A DNA stretch of 43,546 bases from a virus (Duplodnaviria > Caudoviricetes), in IMG/VR virus record IMGVR_UViG_3300037311_000460, positions 1-43,546 of that record; one strand, 5' to 3'. This document shows positions 34,943 through 42,380 of the stretch, one piece after another; position 1 is the first letter of the stretch, and each line of letters begins with the position of its first letter. Made by a program: the position numbers and the translations under genes. A model generated the notes under the pieces. That model worked only from the letters and a program-made list of their open reading frames with translations. It was not told where the DNA came from and did no database searches.

Positions 34943-37554
34943 GCCACGAAATCGATATCGAGGTCGAGTACCTGAGCGCTGAGTGGTTGGAACCGATCGC
35001 GACGCAGTACGGACTGGTTTGCGGGATCAGCTTCGATCCCTGCAAGCTACCGAAGATCGCTCAGGTGACAGCGACCTACACGGGCAGTGAGCCGGGCGGC
35101 GTCGTCGATTGGGCTTGGTGCGACCACCCGGACCCGCTCAGGTTGTGCACAGACGGCGTGGAGCCAACGGACGGTCTGGCGCCACCACCATGCGCAGCAA
35201 TCCCTTGTGGCGTTGGTGTGTTCGCGTCGCCGGACACGGGCGGCTCGACGGACGGGTCCACGCCGATCCACGTCGTTAGCGCGACGACGACGCAGAGCGT
35301 CGCGCGCTTCTACCTTGGCCGCCAGCAAAACCCGAACGGTCCCAACGACTTCGTCAACACGCTCGCAGGCCAGAAGTCGTTCGACTACTACGACGTGTTC
35401 TTCGAGGTCGGCGCGCAGACGGCTGGCGGCTGGGAGCGGCAGAGCGGAAAGGTCGCGCAGTGCGATCACCGCGTCATTGACAACAGCGCCGGCAAGCTCA
35501 CGACCCAGCACTCGATTGGGTGCCCCTGGTGGAAATATAGTGTGATCTACCACAACGCGGGACCGTACGCGCCGGGCGATCAGCCGAGCGACGAGGGGGT
35601 CGTCGCGACGGTCACGTTCACGCGGTGCGAGCCGACCAACAACACGGCGCACCCGCTGGTCATCGACATGGACTATACGCCGTGCTGCGGCGGCGATGGG
35701 TCGCTCGTCTCACCCGAGGTCAACCCGACGAAGCTCTGCCGCGACTGGCTTCTTCCGGGCGCGCCATGCACGGGTGGGACTATCGCGCCGCTAGGCGACC
35801 TTGATTGCGTACCGAGGATGCTGCCGGCAGTCGGCTGGCCCAAGATGCCCGAGGCTTGGGTCGATGGCCTTGTGACGCCGGCGATCGTGCCGGTGTACCC
35901 GCGCTGCGGCAACTGGCCTTCCGTGCCGACGGTGATGAAGAACGCGAACGACTTCCGCGTCGTGCAGATAGCGCTCGGCAAGTGCGTCACCGCGCTGGCG
36001 ACGACGCCTCAAGACACCTGGGACCTACCGGGAACCGACGGGCTTGGGCCGACAACGGAGTACCAGAACGCATGCCGGCTCAACTGGCCCGAAGTGCTTA
36101 ACGACGACGCCGGGCTGCTGACGAACGTCTACGACAACGCACGCATTGAGGTGTTCTTGGTGCGCGGCGAAGACGGTCACGCTTCAACGGCAGCACAGAA
36201 AGCGGCGCGAGCGCAGAACGTGAAGCTCGTCAGCACGGGCGACGCCTGCATCAGCAAGTGCTGCGGTTGCAACGAGCTGTTCACCGCGCCAATTGCCGCG
36301 CGCGTTGCGTACATCGAAGGGACGCAGAAGTTCACGCAGACGTGCCAGACCTACGACGAGCCCTATCGTCGCGAGCAGTTCGGCTTTTGCGCGAGCTGCG
36401 GTACAGCGGTGAATCACGAGCTCGTCGGGTACGACCAAGGTGACATCAGCGACGATCGATGCGGCGTTACGATTGGCTGGGTGCCTGTCCTACAAAACGG
36501 CGCAGGCGGCCCAGTGGGCGGGCGGGCGTTCTCCGGCTTCCGCCTCAAGTCTTTCCTGGACGGAACGATTCTCGGCCGCCCCGAAGCGACTAACGTCGGC
36601 CAGCGCTGCTCACCCGGTGTAAATCAGCGCGGTGTTTATGACACGCACGCCTTCTCGTACAACGCCAATTGCGACGACCCTAACTTTCATCCCTGTCCGC
36701 CGTTCGTCACGCTGTGCGACGTCGACTGCATCTGCGTTTCGTACGCATTCAGCGACGGCTGCCCGTCACTGGATCAGATTCCTCCGTACTGGGCGAATGA
36801 AGCTGGGTCGACTGTGGCGTGCGTCTCTTGTGTGACAACGTACCCCGCTACGCCGTACTGCCCAGCAACAACCGTGACGACGAGCGCGGACAAGCTGCTC
36901 AGCGGCGTTCCCGCTCCGAGTTGCCTAGAGTGGCTGTACGGTCCGTTCACCTCGGTGGCGTCTTCGACGTCGGCGAACGAGCCCGGTTGCGCGGGCGGCG
37001 CGTCGTACACGCTGACAAGCTATTCGCGGAGCGGGAACGGATACTCTCGAGCGGAGTACGGGGGTGCTGGCAGCTCCGACTTCTGCGCGTGGGGAGACCC
37101 TTACCAGTACCCCGTGCAACCGGGATGCGATTTTGTGGATTGCAGCGGGTCGATTAACTTCACGACGATCCATTACGACTTGCCTCTCGCAGCGCTGCAA
37201 CGCATACAGGCGGGTCTCGCGCCGGGTACGACATGCTACGAACAGAACGCCGAAGGCGGCGTCACTCTCACGCTGTGCGTGCCGGCGAGTTGGATCGGTC
37301 AACCCCCGCCGACGATCAGACGAGCAACTGGAAAGTACGAGGCTGTCTCAGACGGCGTGGTAGTCGGCAGCGCGGCGGGGACATACTCACCGGGCGCGAC
37401 GGTGTACGCGCCGGTCATCACTACCTGCCCCTACTGCCTGCCGATCGACGCCATCCTGTCTGCCGGCGGTTTTGTCTTCTGGAATCACTTCACTTGCTCT
37501 CATACTCCGCTCCACGCGTCGCAGCCGTGGAGCGTACCTCGAGACCCAGCATGA
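34939..37554 (+). CDS. Cysteine-rich putative tail fibre / receptor-binding protein (871 aa)
   Basis: About 45 Cys counted by eye, Thr/Gly/Pro-rich, end of tail operon. Confidence 0.7.
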   Translation: MSHEIDIEVEYLSAEWLEPIATQYGLVCGISFDPCKLPKIAQVTATYTGSEPGGVVDWAWCDHPDPLRLCTDGVEPTDGLAPPPCAAIPCGVGVFASPDTGGSTDGSTPIHVVSATTTQSVARFYLGRQQNPNGPNDFVNTLAGQKSFDYYDVFFEVGAQTAGGWERQSGKVAQCDHRVIDNSAGKLTTQHSIGCPWWKYSVIYHNAGPYAPGDQPSDEGVVATVTFTRCEPTNNTAHPLVIDMDYTPCCGGDGSLVSPEVNPTKLCRDWLLPGAPCTGGTIAPLGDLDCVPRMLPAVGWPKMPEAWVDGLVTPAIVPVYPRCGNWPSVPTVMKNANDFRVVQIALGKCVTALATTPQDTWDLPGTDGLGPTTEYQNACRLNWPEVLNDDAGLLTNVYDNARIEVFLVRGEDGHASTAAQKAARAQNVKLVSTGDACISKCCGCNELFTAPIAARVAYIEGTQKFTQTCQTYDEPYRREQFGFCASCGTAVNHELVGYDQGDISDDRCGVTIGWVPVLQNGAGGPVGGRAFSGFRLKSFLDGTILGRPEATNVGQRCSPGVNQRGVYDTHAFSYNANCDDPNFHPCPPFVTLCDVDCICVSYAFSDGCPSLDQIPPYWANEAGSTVACVSCVTTYPATPYCPATTVTTSADKLLSGVPAPSCLEWLYGPFTSVASSTSANEPGCAGGASYTLTSYSRSGNGYSRAEYGGAGSSDFCAWGDPYQYPVQPGCDFVDCSGSINFTTIHYDLPLAALQRIQAGLAPGTTCYEQNAEGGVTLTLCVPASWIGQPPPTIRRATGKYEAVSDGVVVGSAAGTYSPGATVYAPVITTCPYCLPIDAILSAGGFVFWNHFTCSHTPLHASQPWSVPRDPA

Positions 37555-37871
37555 GCCGCACCATTCGCATCGTTGACGGCCGTGTCGTAAGCGACACCGG
37601 GCCAGAGCCCGAGCTCGCCGACGACTTCGTGCCGATCGCCGAACGGCCGCAGAGAGCGAATCCGCTCCCGCTGGGCGACTACACCGAGCAGCTGCTTGCC
37701 TCGGTGGGGATTACCAAAGACCGCTACGCCGCCGCGAAGGAAGCCCTGGGGCTCCCCCCAACGTGCGGCTGCGCGAGCCGGCAGGCGTGGCTGAACCGCG
37801 CAGGGGCGTGGCTCGCGGGACTTGCGCAGAAACAATCCACCGACCAATCAGGAGACCCCGATCATGGCTGA
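37551..37871 (+). CDS. Small CGC-motif protein, candidate fibre assembly factor
   Basis: LGDYTEQLLASVGIT...CGCASRQAWLN; ATGA-coupled to the fibre gene. Confidence 0.75.
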   Translation: MSRTIRIVDGRVVSDTGPEPELADDFVPIAERPQRANPLPLGDYTEQLLASVGITKDRYAAAKEALGLPPTCGCASRQAWLNRAGAWLAGLAQKQSTDQSGDPDHG

Positions 37872-38298
37872 CCTCACCATCACCCCAGCAAACGTGGCCC
37901 CACGCTCGAGCACGGCGCGCATCGAGACGGCGCTCTTTGCATCGGCAGTCACCGCGGGGCAGTCGGTCTGCCGGACGCAAACGCAGGCTTGGCGACCGGC
38001 CGACGCCAACGAGGCGGGGCCAACGGCAAGCGAGGCTGCCGGCCAGCGCGGGCTGGGGATCGCTCTCTCGAGTGGCGACAGCAACACACCGGGGATCGTC
38101 GCCACCGAGGGGCTAATCGACGTGGGCGCCACGCTGACGGTCGGCACGGCCTACTACGTCTCGACCAACGCCGGGGGAGTGGCTCCCGGCGCCGACATTG
38201 CTGCGGCGGCCGCGGGGACCAAGATCAGCCTGCTGGGGGTGGCGGTGGCGACCAACCGGCTTGCGCTCAACCCCTCGGCGCAGGTGGGGACGCGGTAG
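37864..38298 (+). CDS. Second decoration/cement-like structural protein
   Basis: MADLTITPANV, AVTAGQSV, GIAL, LTVGTAYYVS; AGGAG RBS. Confidence 0.7.
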   Translation: MADLTITPANVAPRSSTARIETALFASAVTAGQSVCRTQTQAWRPADANEAGPTASEAAGQRGLGIALSSGDSNTPGIVATEGLIDVGATLTVGTAYYVSTNAGGVAPGADIAAAAAGTKISLLGVAVATNRLALNPSAQVGTR

Positions 38299-38319
38299 AT
38301 GGCGGAGCTGCTGCTGCTC

Positions 38320-39114
38320 CTAGCGAGACGCTTTAGCGGTCTTCCCGGACTTTGCGGCAGCCGAAAGTGTGTCGATGGCCGCACGCAAGTACCCGCTGTC
38401 TTCCAGACTCAGTTTGGCGACGTTGACAGCCTTCACTTCGGGGCCCTTGAGTTTGAGTCGCACGGTGTCGCCATCAACGCTTAAAGCTTTAGCCTCGACG
38501 GTGTACTTCCCGTCCATGCTTTTCCAGACACGATAAGAATCCTTGCTCTCCACCGACGAAGTGGATCGCAAAGGAGAACGATCGTGCTCCGACACGATGA
38601 ACATCTGATCGGAGAGTGCTAGGGTCGAGATGGTAATGTTGTGGTTGACCCCGTCAGATCCGGTGATTGTGACGATCCCGGCCCTGGTGGAGGTCGCGTC
38701 CCCAACGACGACCACTTTGCCGGTAGTGTCGTGAAACACGTGAAGCTGCAGTGAGTGCAACGTCGCGAAATCCGGAACTGACGTTGCCTCTGCGCGAGTC
38801 TTGTTGCCCACGTCGAAAAGCGACTCGGCTAGCTCGTCGCCAGATGGCTTCTCCTCTTCCTGCACTTGCGGCGCGATTCGTCTGGGAGGCTTCGATGGCG
38901 AACTGCGGGGACGGCGCGGGGGCGTGAGCGATGAGGTCGATGGCTGTTGCTTGGGGATTGATTCAGACGGTGGTGGGCTCGAGGCTCCTGATCTGTGAGT
39001 GTGGTATCCACCCGTCTTCCGGTTGTAGTGCCCTCCATTGGCGTCTAGGCCGCCGGGGTGCGCACCCGCGGGGAGAACCACAAGGGCAACTAAAATCAGG
39101 GCTATGGGACGCAT
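38320..39114 (-). CDS. Secreted protein with His-rich YHYH-like motif and SHD1 domain(s)
   Basis: Signal peptide, HPGGLDANGGHYNRKTGGYHTH, RVWKSMDGKYTVEAK...LSLEDSGYL. Confidence 0.82.
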   Translation of the reverse strand: MRPIALILVALVVLPAGAHPGGLDANGGHYNRKTGGYHTHRSGASSPPPSESIPKQQPSTSSLTPPRRPRSSPSKPPRRIAPQVQEEEKPSGDELAESLFDVGNKTRAEATSVPDFATLHSLQLHVFHDTTGKVVVVGDATSTRAGIVTITGSDGVNHNITISTLALSDQMFIVSEHDRSPLRSTSSVESKDSYRVWKSMDGKYTVEAKALSVDGDTVRLKLKGPEVKAVNVAKLSLEDSGYLRAAIDTLSAAAKSGKTAKASR

Positions 39115-39211
39115 GGTGCCTGTCTAGACCAAAACGGGGCAGCGTACGCGGAGACCAGAAGAGGTTATCCTAGCGGGTTGCCGCTATCTACTTCCGTGTC
39201 GCGGATTTCCC

Positions 39212-40450
39212 ATGAAGACGTATTTGTCAGTCCTGAGCGTGGCCGCGCTCCTTGTAATTGCCCAGGTTGCGCGAGCCTGGAACGCCGGCGGCCACGCCAT
39301 CGTTGACTTGATCGCATGGGGCGAGCTCGCCGAGAGCGACCGAGCGGCGGCTGTGAGCCTGCTGAGGGACCACCCGCGGTTCGACCAGCACTTCCTCGAC
39401 CGCATGCCTCCCGACGTCTGGAAGGCGAGTCCCGCCGAGCAAGACGCGTGGGCCTTCGCGCACGCCGGGACGTGGCCCGATATCGTGCGCAGCCCCCGAG
39501 GCGCCGTCACTCGCGAGGACGTCGCGCTCTTCAATCGACCTACGTGGCACTACATCAACCTGTGCCACTTCCCGGCGCCGGCCGATCGTGACGAGCTGGC
39601 CCCTCTGCTGGACGTCAATCGATCGACGGAGCCCCCAGCCGACCCCGACGAGCGCGAGCAGAACGTCGCCCAGGCGATGGGCAGTGCGATGCGGGTCCTC
39701 GGCGACGGGGCCGCACCTCGCGCGCGTCGAGCGGTGGCGCTCTGCTGGCTGCTACACCTCGCTGGGGATGCTCACCAGCCAGCGCACGCGGGCTCGCTCT
39801 ACACCCGCGACCGGTTCCGCACCGGGGACCGCGGGGCAAACCAGATACCGGTCCGCGGGCGTGGCGGGAATCTCCACTCCGCTTGGGATGCGTCGATCAC
39901 GACCAGCAGGCGGCTGAACGACTGGCGCGGCGACGCCGTGCGCCTGACGAGTCGCCACCGTGAAGCAGGCCAAGCCGCGACGGCGGAGTTGACGGCCAAG
40001 GCGTGGCTCATGGAGAGCTTTGCGCTGGGGCGGAAGCTGGTCTACGCGCCCGAGGTACTGGCCGCGGTCCAAAGGCCCGCCAGCGAGGGCGACCTCGAGC
40101 CGCTCGCGCTCTCGCCGGAATACCTTCAGGCAGCCGGCCAAACGTCGCAGCGACGCGCGGTAGAAGCGGGCTTTCGGATTGCGGCGATCCTCGCCGGCAA
40201 CCTGCCCCCCTCCGACGACCAGCTCCGCGGGTTTGATCGGCCGGCGCCGGTAACTTCGCTCGCTCCGCGACCCACGACGGAGAAGCCCGAGGCTACCAAG
40301 CCTGCGGCGTCCGAGTCAGCCCACAGCCACTGGATCAACACCAGAACCGGGGCGCGGCACAACTCGACGTGCCGCTGGTTTGGGAAGACGAGCCACGGCC
40401 GCTACTGCGGGCCCGACGAGGGGCACGCCTGCGGGCAGTGCGGGGGGTAG
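39212..40450 (+). CDS. Secreted S1/P1 nuclease with C-terminal Cys/His metal-binding tail
   Basis: Signal peptide then WNAGGH, WPD, WHYIN, HLAGDAHQPAH, GDRGAN, NLHSAWD; tail RHNSTCRWF...C...CGQCGG. Confidence 0.93.
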   Translation: MKTYLSVLSVAALLVIAQVARAWNAGGHAIVDLIAWGELAESDRAAAVSLLRDHPRFDQHFLDRMPPDVWKASPAEQDAWAFAHAGTWPDIVRSPRGAVTREDVALFNRPTWHYINLCHFPAPADRDELAPLLDVNRSTEPPADPDEREQNVAQAMGSAMRVLGDGAAPRARRAVALCWLLHLAGDAHQPAHAGSLYTRDRFRTGDRGANQIPVRGRGGNLHSAWDASITTSRRLNDWRGDAVRLTSRHREAGQAATAELTAKAWLMESFALGRKLVYAPEVLAAVQRPASEGDLEPLALSPEYLQAAGQTSQRRAVEAGFRIAAILAGNLPPSDDQLRGFDRPAPVTSLAPRPTTEKPEATKPAASESAHSHWINTRTGARHNSTCRWFGKTSHGRYCGPDEGHACGQCGG

Positions 40451-40487
40451 CGCAAGGGCGATGGATAAGGGGCTGGGCTAGGCGACA

Positions 40488-40808
40488 TCACGCGACGTCA
40501 TCACCCGCCGCCACGATTGCCGTCGCCACTTTGTAGATGTCGTGCGCGTCGCCGTCGTGGCGGATGCCGATCGCCCAGACTTCGACCATTCTTCGGACTT
40601 CGTCGATCCGATAAACGATCCGGTAGCGGCCGGCGGCGCGGATACTGTTGCTTCCCTGCAGAGGCCCAGTCAGCGGCTTGCCAGCGAGTGGGTTGATCTG
40701 GAGGTGGTCGATTTTTCTGAAGACGCGGTCACGCACGCTGCCGTCGAGCGACTTTAGGTGCTCGATTGCAATAGGGGCGAGCGTGACCTCGTAATCGTCC
40801 CGCTCCAC
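40488..40808 (-). CDS. RelE/ParE family toxin
   Basis: YEVTLAP.A...L..NPLAGKPLTGPLQG..SIRA.GRYRIVYRID....VEVWAIGIR. Confidence 0.9.
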   Translation of the reverse strand: MERDDYEVTLAPIAIEHLKSLDGSVRDRVFRKIDHLQINPLAGKPLTGPLQGSNSIRAAGRYRIVYRIDEVRRMVEVWAIGIRHDGDAHDIYKVATAIVAAGDDVA

Positions 40809-40809
40809 G

Positions 40810-41142
40810 TCACAGTCCCAGCTCGGCCTTCACCTCACGCCAAGGGCGCCCCAGGCCGGCTTCGATCTCCGCTTTGCCACGGAGCGCAAGCTCCTGCAGC
40901 GTGGCGATCGTGAGGACGGGCGGGCCGATCGGGTTCATCGGCCGCGGCTCGCGTGTGGGCCGTCGCACGACGACTGCGTTAAATCGCGACAGGAACGCAT
41001 GATCGGTCTGCGGGAGGGTGCTATTTGCCATCGCGGCCGGGTCTACGATCCGGTCTCTGCGTACCTTTGGCTTTGCAGGAAACAGGCTCTTCTGGCTCTG
41101 GCTCCGCGTTTCAATGATGCTTTCGTCGACTGTCGAGTTCAT
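40810..41142 (-). CDS. Putative antitoxin
   Basis: C-terminal LRGKAEIEAGLGRPWREVKAELGL typical of RelE partners; start uncertain. Confidence 0.65.
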   Translation of the reverse strand: MNSTVDESIIETRSQSQKSLFPAKPKVRRDRIVDPAAMANSTLPQTDHAFLSRFNAVVVRRPTREPRPMNPIGPPVLTIATLQELALRGKAEIEAGLGRPWREVKAELGL

Positions 41143-41612
41143 AGCGACCTCTGCGTTCCGGGGACTGTTTGTGCTGTGATGCGTCGAGCCATCAAAAGCT
41201 CATCGTTTGCCCAAAGCTCGCATGCGTAGATCCCCTCGTGAGCGAATGGCAGGTCGAAGGAAACAGCTTCTTCAAAGACGTCGAGCGGCGAGGAAAACGT
41301 GGGGTTGGCGTGAAGCACGGCAAGGACACCGTCCTCGCTAATGGAGCTACTGGGTTCAACGACGTTGCCGACATCTATCGGAGGAGGTGGCGGCGGGCCG
41401 CTGGGACAATGTGCCGAATCGACGACCCGAATCGCTAGCCGGACGGGGCCGACCCCATCGGTGATTGCAAAGTACAAAGTAACGGGATGTACGATCGGGA
41501 ACTGCGTCGCGAAGACGGTTTCGTACAAGCCGAGCAGAGTAAACTTGCCCGTGCTCGGGTCTCGGTGGACGGCATCGCACAGAACCAACGCGAGGCAGAA
41601 CGGAGGGCTCAT
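41139..41612 (-). CDS. DUF6941-like beta-sandwich protein
   Basis: LALVLCDAVHRDPSTGKFTLLGLY...FAHEGIYACELWANDELL; ATGA-coupled to the antitoxin. Confidence 0.75.
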   Translation of the reverse strand: MSPPFCLALVLCDAVHRDPSTGKFTLLGLYETVFATQFPIVHPVTLYFAITDGVGPVRLAIRVVDSAHCPSGPPPPPPIDVGNVVEPSSSISEDGVLAVLHANPTFSSPLDVFEEAVSFDLPFAHEGIYACELWANDELLMARRITAQTVPGTQRSL

Positions 41613-41631
41613 TGCGAATAGGTCCGCGCAC

Positions 41632-41662
41632 AAAAAAACCACGCTCTCGACTTGAGGCGTGG
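41632..41662 (-). terminator. Intrinsic terminator
   Basis: Minus strand CCACGCCTC-AAGTC-GAGAGCGTGG followed by T7. Confidence 0.8.
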
Positions 41663-41770
41663 CGCAGACTCCCCTCCTACGCGGCCGCGTCTTGCGGTCG
41701 CCGGCGTCCTTGCCACCCCCCTCCATCTTCGGGCCGCTCCTACTCCGTAGCGCAGGCCCTGGTCTTGCGC
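41632..41770 (-). ncRNA. Candidate CsrB/RsmZ-like GGA-rich small RNA (5' end approximate)
   Basis: Six GGA motifs within 41670-41746, some in hairpin loops, then terminator; TTGACA upstream at 41798-41803. Confidence 0.55.
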
Positions 41771-41999
41771 GAGCCAGTTCGCAGACGAGCTCGCGACTGT
41801 CAAGGTGATTTGGGCTAGCCGGCCCGTCAACCTCCCGGACCACCAAGATTCTTCGGACGATATCGGCCGCCCCTTGATAGTTTACGCTGCCGGCGTGGTT
41901 TGGGTCGCCTGTTTGGTCTCCGGTCGCGACCCGGTGCTTCCACCCCCACCCCCTCCCCCCCTGCGCAAACCCGACCTCAAGGTTTGCGCAATCCGCGCG

Positions 42000-42027
42000 T
42001 TGCGTCACAAGCGCACACGCGTACACT
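42000..42027 (+). promoter_or_regulatory. Candidate promoter for the integrase 2 operon
   Basis: TTGCGT-16 bp-TACACT; preceded by inverted repeat TGCGCAAACC-N9-GGTTTGCGCA (41962-41990). Confidence 0.5.
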
Positions 42028-42164
42028 ACGCCAGCATCGGACGGCCGCACGGGGCCTGATCCGGTGAGCGGGTAGGCGACCCAGGCGGCAATCGGGCCGA
42101 CGGTCGGGGCCGAGCTGGGGCGCGTTGGGCGCCCCGGGATGCGTGGGTTTGCGGGGACTGTGCT

Positions 42165-42380
42165 ATGGCAACGCTGCGCGTGTTGGAGGTGCTGCCCGGG
42201 GAGCGGGTGGTGGTAGACGGGAAGGGATTGCGACGGGTGTTGATGGGGGACACGATCGTCGCGGAGTTGGTGACGCCGGACGTCGCCCGCTGCGTGGCGC
42301 GGACTCTGCGCGGAATCCCTGGCGGGTCTCTGCGGATTGTCCGCTACCGATCGAGTGACCCCGCGGAGGGCGCGGCATGA
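42165..42380 (+). CDS. Small hypothetical protein coupled to the integrase
   Basis: GGGGA RBS; ATGA overlap with int2. Confidence 0.55.
   Translation: MATLRVLEVLPGERVVVDGKGLRRVLMGDTIVAELVTPDVARCVARTLRGIPGGSLRIVRYRSSDPAEGAA

Noticed and set aside
34939-38298. Diversity-generating retroelement or invertible fibre cassette
   Set aside because: No reverse transcriptase, template/variable repeat pair or invertase seen
41613-42050. N-terminal extension making a 303-aa ORF
   Set aside because: Runs through an intrinsic terminator and promoter-like sequence; the domain begins at ATG 41612
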